DNA of 64,000 bases from Hypanus sabinus (taxonomy: Eukaryota): positions 149,730,001 through 149,794,000 of the forward strand of contig NC_082710.1 in assembly GCF_030144855.1 (NCBI RefSeq), given 5' to 3'. Below are positions 26,001 to 38,250 of the stretch, in pieces; positions within the stretch are counted from its first letter, which is position 1, and each line of letters begins with the position of its first letter. A model generated the notes under the pieces. It saw nothing but the letters and a program-made list of their open reading frames with translations, had not been told where the DNA came from and searched no databases. The translations under genes were made by a program, and so were the position numbers.

Positions 26001-29000
26001 TTAAAAGAATAGAATGACTATTATGAGGGAATCTGCAGGGGACAACCCTCAAAGAGTCGCTGCACTCTGGAACCGTTTAACTCCTCAGTTATCAATGAAC
26101 ATTCTGAGTGAAGAGTCCATTACTCTCACACAGTAAATTAAAAAACAGAAACATCACAAATAAACATTAAAATAATTGTGATTCCTTTACTGTTGCCTAT
26201 ATTGTGAAACAATCCTGTGAAAGTGCACAATCTAAAGTAACTAATCACATGAACCAGATTACTGTAACCTGTGAATACAGGTTAGTACAGCGGCAAAGTT
26301 TTCACTTGTCAGATTTTAAAGAACTAACTCATTAGTGATTGAGTTAAACTCATCAGGATCTGAGTAAATTCCTGACTGGGGCACAGAAGGTGTCAGGACA
26401 TAGCCACTGAGGTTTACCCAAGGCCCAGTTAATGCTCATTGAAGATCTTGCCAGTACCCCACTATGAGCATTTGAAAAGCAGTCAACAGTGAAAATTTTT
26501 GACAGTGTGATTTTATCACCGTTTAATATTGAGCTTTATTGCTGAATAATGCAATGATTTTACTGTTGTTTATTTTTTGGACTATAGTTTAATATTTGAG
26601 TTTATCTCAAAATAATACTGTGATTTACTGCTGGTGGATTTTTGACATTTCATATCGGGTTATTGTTTGATAAGTTGGCTTTCTGTTTAATTTTGGGGTC
26701 TGTTTAATATCTCATTTTTTGTATTAAATCATATTCATTGTGGTTTAATATTTGGAGTTACTTCTGTTAAGAGATTTGTTATGTCAGGAGTTAGCACAGG
26801 CCTTTCAGCCCACTATATTGTGCCGACCTTTTACCCTACTCCACGATCAATCTAACCCTTCCATCCTGCACAGCTTATAGCCCTCCAGTTTTCTTACATC
26901 CATGTGCTTACCGCCACCCCTAGCTGTTATCGCTCTTATTTATTGCTGGCCAATTTTATCTTGAGTTAGAGGTTTAATTCTGCTTAATATCAAATTTATT
27001 GTCAGGCATACCCAGGGGATAAATGCCATGAAAATTAGCATTTTGCTCCAGCACAGTACGTTATAGGCATGACAAACATAGACTAAAATTAACATAAATT
27101 ATACATAACTTGTGCAACATGCATAACTACACCAGTGCAAGTTGAGAGAGAGGAAAATAAATATTGTCTGAGATAGTGTTACAGTTTTTCAGGTCTGTTC
27201 AAACTAGTGATCAGTTCATGGTGATCTGATGTTGGGATCAGAGTTTAAATTGGGGTTTATCCCTTTTGCACTGGTTTGGCAAGTTCCAAAGGTTATGGTT
27301 CAGTATATTGGTTCATTTAGCAACAATAATAAATCATTTACCATTTAATGCCTGCTCATTTGGTGTATTTGATTCTACAGTCTGGGCTTTGTGCTGTTCA
27401 TTCCCTTGCTGACCTGTGCCTGAGCACACAATAAATTTTGGGTCACTGCCTTTATTCTGCTTTGACACTGATCCTAGCTTCACCCTGGACTCCCTTCTCT
27501 CCATCTCCTCCCTGCTGGCCCCTGGGTTCCACTCCCTCCCATTGTCTGGCATGTCCTCAGGCTCCCCCCCTATTCCCCAACACCACTTAGCTCTTCTCGT
27601 TGCTCTCAGCTGATCACGGTTTCTTCTTCCACAGACCTTCATAAGGAACTCCTGGTCTTTGTTGTCCAGGACCGCAGTCCTGACCAACAGTTTGATGTTT
27701 TGGATGATGGTGATGAGCGTTTCTACATGGACTTCAACCTGAAGAAGGAGGTGCCACGGATCCCCTATTTCACAGGCCATGTGATGGAGGGAGGAGAGGA
27801 GACGATCTCGGCTATTATGGCCATCGTGAAACAGAATTTAAATGTTTGCAAGAACCTGTCGCAAGGGAGCCCAGAACCTAAAGGTGAGAGAGTAGGGGTT
27901 GGGGGGAGTGCCACTGAGCTCAGGGTAATGCGGGTCTGTCCAGGGACCAGCCTGGGGCTGAGTGCTGTTTCAATCCCTCCTCAACTTCAACTCCTGCCTG
28001 GTCCTTCACACAATCCATCCCCTCTCCTTTAACCCTCGCATTCTCCGATCCCGCAAAACACTGGAACACCCTGCTAGTCTCAGCCCTTCAAGAGTTTGCT
28101 CACTCAGGGCTGACACCTCTTGGGTTCTGGAGAAAAAAAATAATCTGCTGGAGGAACTCAGCAGGTCAAAGTTCAAAGTACATTTATTATGAAAGTACAT
28201 AGGCTATATACATCCTTGAGATTCGTCTCCTTCAAGCAGCCACAAAATAAAGAAACACAATAGAGCCCATTTAAAAAAATCGACACTACAGCGAATGTCA
28301 ACACCTAGTGTGCAAGAAAAGAACAAATTGTGCAAACAATAAAAAATAAACAAATAACACAAAATGCTGGAGGAACTCAGCTGCTCAGGCAGCATCTATG
28401 GAAAAAAGTTAATAGATAATGTTATGGGCCAAGACCCTTCATCAGGACTGAGAAGAATGGGGGAAGATACCAGAATAAAGAGATGGGGCGAGGGGAAGGA
28501 TGCTAGCTGGAAGCTAAAAGGTGAAGCCAGGTGGGAGGGAAAGGTCAAGGGCTGGAGAGTAAGGAATCTGATAGGAGAGGAGAGTGGACCACAGGAGAAA
28601 GGGAAGGAGGAGGGGACCCAGGGGAAGTAGTAGGCAGGTGAGAAGAGGGAAAAGGTCAGAGTGGGGACCAGAGGAAGAGGGGAGGGAGGAAGTCTGTTTA
28701 CTGGAGGGAGAAATTGATATTCATGTCATCAGGTCGGAGGCTACTCAAGATGGAATATAAGTAGCTGCCCTCCACCCTGAGGGTGGCTTTGTGTTGGCAC
28801 AATAACACACAGAAATTGAACTGCAGAGTCCCTGAAAGTAAATCCTTGGACATGGAGCCAGGCAGCATCTGTGGGGGGAAATCGACAAACAACATTTCAG
28901 ATCGAGATCCATTAATCCTGAGGTTGACGAGGTTGCTGGAGGAGTGTGAATGGGTGATAGGCTGTGAGGAGCTGGGGGGAGTGTGAGGGGGTGACAGGGT

Positions 29001-32000
29001 CTGGGGAAGTGTGAGGGAATGATGGTGTAGATTCTACTGATGGAAGTTACTGCTGGAGAACACCTGAGACCGGATGCTGTGGCCAATATAAACAAGCCAT
29101 TTCATTATTTCACCCCATGGTTGGTTGGAAATCTGAAAACACATTTTTGTCGTCCCGAATGATTTCCCATTGGGTGTGGTCTGGTCCGCGTCTCTCCATC
29201 CTACACTCCCACCCCCACACATAATGATTTTCTGTGCCCTTTCACCTTGGTTAACCTGTATTCACCCTGTCTGCCTACAGTTCCCCCTCAGACTGCCATG
29301 TACCCCGAGGAACCCGTGGAGTGGGGTCAGCCCAACACTTTGATTTGTCTGGCTGACGGATTCTATCCTCCGAGCATCAAGATGACGTGGAATCGGAACA
29401 ACAATCCTGTGACCGATGGAGTCAACGTTACACAGTACTACCTGAAGAGCGACGCCTCTTTCCAGAGATTCTCCTACCTGAGCTTTGTGCCAAATCCTGG
29501 AGACATGTACTCCTGTCACGTGAAGCACGAATCTATGAAGGAGCCAAGAGTTGTCTTCTGGGGTTAGTATGGACCAGGTTACCAACGGGAGGTGGGAGCT
29601 GATTCCAGGGTAGTTCTAAGGTCACCTGATCTATTAGCTTTCTGTTCCAGCCATAAGCAGGTGATCATGTGTAAATACCATGTACTCTGGGCTATTTGGG
29701 GCATGGGATGAGTACAGATGGGTGCTGTGTTGAGTGAAGAAGAAAATAAATTCTGTGATGTGGGAAATCTGAAAAAAATCAGGGAATGGAAACATTCAGC
29801 AGGTCAGGTGGCAGCTGTGGGAGAGAAACCCTTTGTCAGAACTTGGGAAGTGAGAAAAGAGACATGTTAAATTGTGGAGATGGGTCAGGGTGCTGTGACC
29901 AGGGGAGGCCTCTGATCACCCCTGATTCACCCCTGATCCAGGCGATATTCATCACACCCTATAATGAAAGAATGCTGGTGAATCATAGGTAATCTATCTG
30001 ATGAAGTGTGAATAGATGGGCAGGAAGGAGGGCAGAAGAAAGAAACAAAGTACAAACTGTGAGATGGAGAACTGAAATCTGAGACTCAAGCAGGGCCTGT
30101 GAAGAGGAACTGAGTTATCTTTGCCAGTTAGTGGTCTTGCATCAGAATAAAGAGGAACGCTGGTTATCTGGAATAGCTGAATTAATTGCTGAGTGATGAT
30201 ATCAGCAATGCGATTTAGATTTATGCTGAAGCTTCAGTGGATCAGTGTAGGAAATCAGAGTGGGAGTGGGATGGAAAATTAAAGTAATTGGAGGATTAGG
30301 GCCACCTTATGGACTGAAAGAAATTTTTGGTATAATAGTCAGCCAGACTGTGTTTGGCTCCTCCAATGTAACATCATAAGGTTTAGGAGCTGGTAGTAGT
30401 AGGCAGCCATCGATCCCAGGAGATTGTGGGTTTGTGCCTCTGGTGGACTGTGTCCTCTCTAGGATGCAAGCCTGGTTGGGAAGATTTGAAGAACCGGCTG
30501 TTGCCCATGCAGCGGGTTCTCCCTTTCCGTGTTACCGAGGAAGTCCAAGAGAAGGGCGAGCCCTGATACAGCTTGGCACCTGTAAAGTTGTAAACAATGT
30601 TACGTACCCCGTAACTGGGTCACTTACCAGCAAAGATAGAGAGGTCCGTTGAAGTCTAATGGTCCTATTTTTAACAGTATTTATTAGTAAAAATACACAA
30701 AAATAATATCAATACAAACATACAGATAAGATACGTTGTCAATACTAAATCTCCAAGTGCGGGTATAATAATAATCAATAAGAAATAAGCTCTATCGTTG
30801 TCTAGGAGATAATGTATTGTCCGATGGAAATATAAAAGTCACTTTAGTTCATTCAGGCTGTAGCCTTTGGTTGGAGTCAAGAGAGAGACGGATTTTGGAA
30901 CTTGCCAGAGTTTTTCCTTTTTATGATGTCGATCCTTCGAAATGTCGTTGGTGTCCTTTTCCTTTTAGCTAAGCTGTCTTCCGGGTCAGTCCCGCCAATC
31001 CCAGGCAATGGGAAAGGACACACGCTGTCACTAGCTGTCACTATTAAACGCTGTCACGGGACTTCCAGCATCTCTCCGGGTGCGTGTAAAGGGGTTGTTC
31101 CCCAGACCCTCTTTTATCCTTACTCACGGGGTCTCAGATGTCAATCAGGTTGGGATGATGCAATCCCTCAACCAGCCCCCTCTGATCATTCCCTGAGGTC
31201 TTCAATGAATAGTACAGTACTCAATACACAATTCCGTCTCCAAGAGACAATGGCCGGTATCTGTAGCTTTGTATCGCGGAGGCCAGGACACATTCCAAAC
31301 ATCTCTCTCTCATTTCCTGGGTCTCCTGACCTGAATTAATAGCGATCTTGCGATTCTCAAAAAGGAGGGGGCTACTTTGTACCCTTCAGCCCTTCAGAGT
31401 TGGGGCACAGTCGTAACAACAACATCAAACTACATTAGGGACGCTGGCTCCAGATTTCTTCCTCCAGGTTTACTGAAGCCATCCCGTGAGTGGGTATGGC
31501 CGCAAGGCAGCAAAGGTTTAAAATCAGAGTTCTCCTTCTCCTAGGTGGGCTGTTGTCCAAGGCTGATGAGCCCCACCTGCCCGGAACAACTGGTTTTGAG
31601 GCGCCAGTGATCTGCCTTTGCTTCTTGTCAGTAAAAACAGTTCAGCTGGGTCTAGTACCTATGCCACACATGAAGGCCTAGAGTTGGATTTGGCTGTCAG
31701 AGGCTGTTAGGGACGCACACCATTTGGAGCACTTTATAGGTAGTGGGAGCTTATCCCCACTACCACACCCAGCTATGGCAACCTTAGGAACCTTAGGAGC
31801 AGGTAAAGACCTACTGAACCTAACTTTTGCAACATGGGAAGAGGCCAGCAGTCTATCAGGTCCCTGCCAGCTCCCAGCAGAGGAAATCTGGTAACTCTGA
31901 TCTCATTCCCTCTCACAGCCATAGAGTCATAGATACTACAACAGTCTTAGGGATGTGAGAAGAAAATGGGCCTCAATGGGGAAATCCACACAGTCACAGG

Positions 32001-35000
32001 GAGAATATGGAAACGCCACTCCTGCAGCACCAGAGGTTGGGATCTGCAAACTGTCCAGAGGCATCAATTTAGGACAGGCATCAGATCAGAGGGAGGTCAG
32101 AGAATGATGTCTTCACACGGCCTGTGGGGCAAATGGGAACTTGCTACCAGAGAAAGACCCACAGAGCAGAGTGGGATGGTGGGCTTACAGGACAATTTAT
32201 CGTCGTCTTTGGGAGAACACAGAACATAGAAATCTACAGCACATTACAGGCCCTTCGGCCCACAATGTCGTGCCGACCATGTAACCTACTCTAGAAACTG
32301 CCTACAATTACCCTACTGCATAGCCTTCTATTTTCCGCACCCACCACTCTGTGTGTTTAAAACTTACCTCTGACATCTCCCTTGTACTTTCAGGCACCTT
32401 AAAACTATGCCTTCTCATGTTAGCCTTTTCAGACCTGGGAAAAAAGCCTCTGGCTATCCACATGATCAATGCCTCTCACCCTCTCTCGATCCGAGGAGAA
32501 AAGGCCAAGGTCACTCAACCTATTCTCATAAATCATGCTCTCCAATCCAGGCAACATCCTTGTAAATCTCCTCTGCACTGTCTCTATAGTATTCACATCC
32601 TTCCAGTAGTGAGGTGACCAGAACTGAACACAGTACTCCAAGTGGGGTCTTATATAGCTGAAACATTACCTCACGGTTCTTGAATGCAATCCCATGGTTG
32701 ATGAATGTCAAGACACCATATACCTTCTTAACAAGATTCCCTCTCAGGGAGGGAGGGGAATGTGGACTAAGGGTGGGAAGGACAGTGAGGTTGAATGGAG
32801 GGAAGGAGGGGGAGATGTGACTGCATTTCCAGCAGCTGCAGAATCCCTTGTACATAAAATAAAAACCTTATTTTAGTCACCTGGTCTGGGAATATAGTAT
32901 CAGTGGCCTTGGGTGATGGTGCAGATGGTTTAACACCACAGTGCTGATACTGAGTGCCTTCAGCCACACAGAGTGTGAAGTCAGAGGTACCTTCTGAGGG
33001 CAGAGAGGGCTGAGGACAGGTACTTTGAAGAGGAGGGGACTTTGATCGGGTCCACTGCCTGAGGATAAAAGGCAGGAGCGGTTTATGAGAGCATAATAAA
33101 GTTTTGACCAGATGCTAATCAGCATTTGGGGTTCATTAGTAAGAGCAAATTGAAGGCAGGGACAAGCACAGTGGCTGTCGTCTGAGTGAGCATACTCAGA
33201 GTGGTGATCTCAAGGCTTTAGCTCTTCGAGTTTCACTCAGAGAAAGCAAAGGAAAGAAAAGCTCAATTTGTTTTCATTCTGTTCTTTATATCTGCTCAGC
33301 TATGACAGTAGGGATGACAGGTAGGATAGTGAGATTGTCCTCATACAGGATATGGGAAGGCAGGGAGACCTCTTGTGTCCCTGACAACTACAACTGTGAG
33401 AATTGCATCCAGCTGCAGCTTCTAACAACTGTGTTAAGGGGTTGGAGCTGGAACTGGATGAACTCTTGATCATTCAGGGGACTGAAGGGGTGATAGATAG
33501 GACATATAGAGAGGTAGTTACACCCAAGGTGCAGGACACAGGAAACTGAGAGACAGTCAGCAAGGGGAAAGGGGTTAAGGCGCCAATGCAGAGTATCCCT
33601 GTGGCTATCCCCCTCAATAACAGCAATATCACTTTGAATACTGTCAGGGAAGATGACCTAATAGAGGAAAGACACAGTGTTCAGGTCTTTGGCACTGAGT
33701 CTGTCTCAGTGACTCAGAAAAGAAGAGGCATGATGTGGTGATAGGGAATTCATTACAGGAATAGATGGGAGGTTCTGTGGGTGAGAACGGGATTCCTGGA
33801 TGGTATGTTACCTCTGGGGTTCTAGGGTCCGGGATATTTTGGATTGAGTCCTGAGCATTCTTAAGTGGGAGGGTGAACAGCCAGAAATCCTCGTCTATGT
33901 AGGTACCAATGACATGGATAGAATGAGTGAAGAGATTCTGCATAGGGATTTCAGGGAGTTAGGTGGTAAGTTAAAGGGCAGGACTTCCAAAGTTGTGTTC
34001 CCATGCCACGTGCTAATGAGTCTGGAACTAGAAATATTATACAGTTTAATACGTGGTTAAGCAGTTAGTGTAGAAGGAAGGACATACGATTTTTGGATCA
34101 TTGGGCTCTCTTCCAGGGAAGGTAGAATCTGTACAAAAGGGACAGTTTGCTCCTGATCTGGAGGGGAACTAATATCCTAGTGGGAAGGTTTGTTAATGTT
34201 GCATGATGGGTCAGGGGAATGAGAACCAGAGTGCCGGAAAAGTTAGTGGAGAGTTTGTGAAGGCAGATGTTAGTAAGGCCTTAGACAAAGTCAGGGATAA
34301 AAAGGTTGAGCATGGTGCAACAAGTGTCCTGAGCTCCTAATATTTCAATGCAAGAAGTGCCATAATCAAGTTGGTGGATAATAGTGCTGAAGATGAGGTA
34401 GCAGGTTTACAAACAGAGGCAATGTGTGTTGAGGAGAGATTGTTGATAGGGCAAAATTGCAGTCAACAGGATGAGTTACAACATTAAAGGCAGACAGAAT
34501 TGGAAAAGGTGAATACAAGACTGAAGATGTTGTATCTGAATGTGGGCAATATACAGAATAAGGTAGATGAAGTTTTACCATAGTTGCAGATTGGCAGGTA
34601 TTATGTTGTAGGCATCACTGAATCATGGCTGAAAGATTATAGCTGGGAGCTTAACGTATCGAAAGGATAGGCTGGAAGGCAGAGGAGGCGGCGTTGCTTT
34701 GTTGCTAAAAAATGAAACCAAATCATTAGAAAGAGCTGACATAGGGTTGGAAAGTGTTGAATCATTGTGGATAGACCTAATGAACTGCAAGGGGAATTGT
34801 ATACAGATCCCCAAACAGTAGTAAGGATGTGGCCTATGAATTACAATGGCAGATAGAAAATGCATGCCAAAAGAGCAATGTTACAATAGCCATGGTGGAT
34901 TTCAATATGCAGGTAAATTGGGAAAATCAGGTTGGTGCTGGATTTCAGGAGTGGGAGTTTCTAGAGTGCCTCTGAGATGGATTTTTAGAGCATCTTGTGG

Positions 35001-37968
35001 TTGAGCCCCCCTAGAGGATCAGTTATTCTGGTTTGGGTGTTGTGCAACGAACCAGAATTGATTACAGAGCTTAAGGTAAAAGAACCCTTGGGAAAAATTA
35101 TCATAATATGATCGAATTCACTCTGAAATTTGAGGAGAAGCTAAAGTCAGATGTAGCAGTATTACAGTAGAGTAAAGGGAAGTACAAAGACATGAGAGAG
35201 GAGTTGGCCAGAATTAATTGGAAAAGGACACTGGCAGGGATGACATCAAAGTAGAAATATCTGGAATTCATGGAAGCAGTTCAGAAGGCACAGGATATAT
35301 AGTTGTCTAAAAGAAATATGACACAACCATAGCTAACAAGAGAAGTCGAAGCCAACATAAAAGCCAATGAGAGGGCATGCAATGGAAGGAAGTTACAGGA
35401 TTGGGAAGCTTTTAACAATCATCGGAGGGCAACTAAAAGTCATTAAGAAGGTAAAGATGGAATAGGAAAATAAGCTAGCCAATAATATTAAAGAGGATAC
35501 CAAAAGTTTCTTCAGATACATAAAGCATAAAAGAGAGGCAAGAATGGATATTAGACCACTGAAAAATGATGCTGGAGAGGTAGTAATGGGGAACAATGAA
35601 AGGGTGGATAAAAGTATCTTGCATCAGTCTTCACTGTGGAAGACACTAGCATTATGCTGGAAGTTTCAGGCATCAGGGGGCATGAAGTGTGTGAAGTTGC
35701 CATAACTAGAGAGAAGTTTCTTAGGAAACTGAAAGGTCTGAAAGTGGTTAAGTCACCTGGACCAGATGATCTATACCCCAGAGTTCCGAAACAGGCAGCT
35801 GAAGAAATTGTGGAGGCATTAGTAATGATCTTTCTAGAATCACTAGATTCTGGAATGGTTCTGGAAAACTGGAAAATTGCAAATGTCAGCCTATTCTTCA
35901 AGAAGGAAAGGAGGCAGAAGAAAGGAAACTATAGACCAGTTCATCTGACCTCAGTGGCTGGGAAGATCTTAGAGTCAATTATTAAGGATGAGGTCTTGGT
36001 ACTTGGAGGCACATGATAAAATATGTTGTAGTCAACATGGTTTCTTCAAGGGAAAATCTTGCTTGACGAATTTGTTGGAATTCTTTGAAGAAATAACAAG
36101 CGGGGTAGACAAAGGAGAATTGGTTGATGTTCTGTATCTGGATTTGCAGAAGGCCTTTGACAAGGTGCCACAAATGAGGCTACTAATAAGCTACGAACTC
36201 ATGGTATTACAGGAAAAACTCGAGCATGGATAAAGCAATGGCTGATTGGCAGAAGGCAAAGAGTGGGAATAAAGGGAGCTTTTTCTGGCTGGCTGCCGGT
36301 GACTAGTGGTTTTCCACAGGGGTCTGTGTTGGAAGCGATTCCTTTCATGTGATATGTCAATGATTTGGATGATGGAACTGATGGCTTTGTTGCAAAGTTT
36401 GCAGGTGATATGAAGATAGTTAGAGGGTAAGTAGTTTTCAGGAAGTAGAGAGGCTACAGAAGGACTTAGACAGATTAGGAGAATGGACAAAGAAGTGGCA
36501 GATGGAATACAGTGTTGGGAAGTGTATGGTCATGCACTTTCATAGAAGAAGTTGAAGGGTTAACTATTTTCTAAATGGAGAGAAAATACAAAAAACTGAG
36601 GTGCTAAAGGATTTAGGAGTCCTAGTGCAAGATTCCCAGAAGGTTAATTTGCAGGTTGAGTCTGTGTGAGGAAGGCAAATGCAATGTTAGCATTCAATTT
36701 TAAGAGGACTAGAATATAAAACCAAGGATGTAATGATGAGACTTTATAAAGCACTGGTGAGGTCTCACATGGAGTATTGTGAACAGTTTTGAGCTCTTGG
36801 AAACAATGTGCTGAAACTGGAGAAGGTCCAAAGGAGGGTCACGAAAATGATTCAAGGATTGAACGGCTTGTCATATGAAGAGCGTTTGATGGCTCTGGGC
36901 CTGTATTCACTAGAATTCAGAACAATGAAAAGGGGTCTCATTGAAACCTATCAAATGGTGAAATGCCTTGATAGAGAGGATGTGAAGAGGATGTTTCCTC
37001 TGGTAGGAGAGTTAAGACAAGCAGACACAGCCTCAGAATAGAGGGGTGTCCATTTAGAATGGAGATGAGGAGGAATTTCTTTAGCCAGAGAATAGTGAAT
37101 CTGTGGAATTCTTTGCCACAGGCAGCTGTGGAGGCCTAGTCATTATGCATATTTAAAGCAGAAGTTGATAACTTCTTGATTGGTCTGGGCACGAAGGGAT
37201 ACGGGGAGAAGGCTGGAGAGTTGGGCTGAGAGAAAAATTGGATCAGCCATGATGAAATGGTGGAGCTGACTCGATGGGCCAAATGGATTCATTCTGTTCC
37301 TATATCTTATGGTCTTATACGAGTTCTGTATCAGGATGGGATCTGAAGCTGGAAACAGTTTGAATAAATTTTTGAGCTAACTATACAGATGATTGAAGAG
37401 GAAGGGTGTGGGACATGCAGAGAGCTACTTTCCAATTGCTGAGACAAAAGGAATGCTGAGTGTTTGCTATTTAGCATCTGTGAGTCTTTCGCACAACCAG
37501 TTCTGTCTCTTTTGACATCCTAGGGAGTGGAGCTGTGTGACCTCTGTCCCTTTAACATCCTTTCTACAACCATATACACACTGCCTCAAACCTGGGTTAT
37601 CAATATCCTGTGTCACCCCAGTCTGTGGGCCCTGGGTAGAGACTGTGACTGCAGACCACAGGCTCACTGATGTGTGTGGACAGGGGTTTGCCAGTGTTGG
37701 GGAGGGGTGTTAGTGTTGGGCCAGACTTTCCTCCAGCAAGGTAAGCTTGGTGAATGAACACTCACTGTGTGTCCACTGTATGTTTCACTGTGAGCTCTCA
37801 TGCTTCTCTTGTCTCTCCCTAGAACCTGAGGTACCCGAGGAAGCTTCCGGCCCAGGAACCGTGATCTGCGCACTGGGACTCTCCCTGGGAATCATCAGTG
37901 CTGTGGTTGGAATCATCCTATTGATCAAAGAGAGGCAGCGGCTGCAGGCTCAGCAGCAGGGCATCTAG
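13983..37968 (+). CDS. MHCIIA: MHC class II alpha chain, spliced CDS join(13983..14049,27635..27883,29281..29562,37823..37968), 247 aa
   Basis: All four exons have canonical GT/AG ends and phase-1 junctions; 67+249+282+146=744 nt with one terminal TAG. Translation: MGAGVYFFVLATAFTCGAQAGEYLHKELLVFVVQDRSPDQQFDVLDDGDERFYMDFNLKKEVPRIPYFTGHVMEGGEETISAIMAIVKQNLNVCKNLSQGSPEPKVPPQTAMYPEEPVEWGQPNTLICLADGFYPPSIKMTWNRNNNPVTDGVNVTQYYLKSDASFQRFSYLSFVPNPGDMYSCHVKHESMKEPRVVFWEPEVPEEASGPGTVICALGLSLGIISAVVGIILLIKERQRLQAQQQGI. Collinear with nurse shark class II alpha (DAA-type) as I recall it. Confidence 0.96.
15150..15930 (-). mobile_element. Tx1-type LINE 3' fragment
   Basis: LFAYL..LVLAFWLHF; KVAIRRTRKRAAEGSTRGDCL; same family as 58700-59400 and 61750-62900. 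Confidence 0.7.
16831..17096. other. Assembly gap (266 N)
   Basis: Run of N. Confidence 1.
17930..18560 (-). mobile_element. CR1 LINE 3' fragment
   Basis: Degenerate copy of the CR1 3' coding end. Confidence 0.65.
18600..19220 (+). mobile_element. Rex1/Babar LINE 3' fragment
   Basis: LLQSGRRYRSLRSHTIRFRNSYY.STIRLLN. Confidence 0.75.
19996..20940 (+). mobile_element. Relatively young CR1 LINE 3' portion nested in an older CR1
   Basis: WQMEFNAEKCEVLHFG..LYSLERRRLRGDLIEVFKIL with few disruptions. Confidence 0.9.
21668..21684 (+). promoter_or_regulatory. CTCF-like motif in MHC IIA intron 1
   Basis: GGCCGCCAGAGGGCGCA closely matches the CTCF core CC(A/G)CCAG(A/G)GGGCGC and lies in a CpG-rich, non-repeat patch. 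Confidence 0.55.
22640..25560 (-). mobile_element. Degenerate Rex1/Babar LINE (endonuclease to 3' end), interrupted by a V-SINE and a PLE-derived insert
   Basis: LANV..IVNKLDEFKA (EN start), NSSLPNNLDTLQFTY, SWSNHIDATAKKA, LQIHHREH motifs. Confidence 0.7.
23229..23540 (+). mobile_element. tRNA-derived V-SINE
   Basis: A box gtgtagtggttagc, B-box-like cagttcaattcc, V-domain ggtttcctctgggtgctccagtttcctcccac, (taaaa)n tail. Confidence 0.8.
27635..27883 (+). CDS. MHCIIA: MHC IIA exon 2 (alpha1 peptide-binding domain)
   Basis: Acceptor ttcttcttccacAG (27634), donor GTGAGA (27884), 249 bp; motifs DGDExFYMDF, RIPxF, KxNL and an NLS sequon. Confidence 0.96.
28360..28900 (-). mobile_element. Penelope-like element 3' fragment
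   Basis: ATLRVEGSYLYSILSSLRPDDMNINFS; decayed hammerhead at about 28420-28450. Confidence 0.75.
29281..29562 (+). CDS. MHCIIA: MHC IIA exon 3 (alpha2 Ig-C1 domain)
   Basis: Acceptor ctgcctacAG (29280), donor GTTAGT (29563), 282 bp as is typical for class II alpha exon 3; PNTLIC..GFYPP..W..YSCHV.H motifs. Confidence 0.97.
30430..31800 (-). repeat. Interspersed repeat (possibly RTE-related 5' region) split by the solo LTR
   Basis: Sequence continues across the LTR insertion and resembles a recurrent elasmobranch/fish repeat as I recall it; family uncertain. Confidence 0.35.
30598..31418 (-). mobile_element. Solo LTR (Gypsy-type), 821 bp
   Basis: Ends TGTTACG...CGTAACA; 4-bp TSD ACAA (30594-30597 and 31419-31422). 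Strand is inferred from a minus-strand AATAAA. Confidence 0.8.
32215..32730 (-). mobile_element. CR1 LINE 3' fragment
   Basis: EYCVQFWSPHYWKDVNTIETVQRRFTRMLPGL. Confidence 0.85.
33130..37320 (+). mobile_element. Near full-length but inactivated CR1 LINE (ORF1 esterase-like, ORF2 EN-RT) in intron 3
   Basis: ORF1 VYVGTND (about 33893-33912); endonuclease remnants 34500-35100; RT YLDLQKAFDKVP and KFAGD; tail ctatatcttatggtcttat; many stops and frameshifts. Confidence 0.85.
37823..37968 (+). CDS. MHCIIA: MHC IIA exon 4 (connecting peptide, TM, cytoplasmic tail)
   Basis: Acceptor gtctctccctAG (37822); TM ICALGLSLGIISAVVGIILLIK; TAG at 37966-37968; donor GTGAGT at 37971. Confidence 0.96.
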
Positions 37969-38250
37969 GGGTGAGTGATGGGCCTAGTGAGGGCTCCCAG
38001 TCTCCGCCTGGGGTCCTACCCTTGGAAGAAATCCTCAGTCAGAGAACATCCTGTAGAAGTCATGTATCTGTTTTCTGTCTGTCTACATTGTATTTTGTGT
38101 TGTGCATTTTTATTATGGGTTACGGAAATTTGTTATGTGGATTGTGGCGTTGTGGAAGAATATGAATATAGTCTCATATTTACACTTTGTGTCATTAGTT
38201 TTAGTTAGAGAGAGAATTAGTCAGTGACATGGATATTTTTTGTAGACTAA

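Noticed and set aside
31560-31590. CTGATGA in ggctgatgagcccc as another hammerhead
   Set aside because: No correctly placed GAAA core or stem II.
27635-37968. Assignment to MHC class I, DM or W-category
   Set aside because: Exon sizes (249/282), the TM CALGLxxG motif and the tail KERQRLQAQQxGI match conventional elasmobranch class II alpha.
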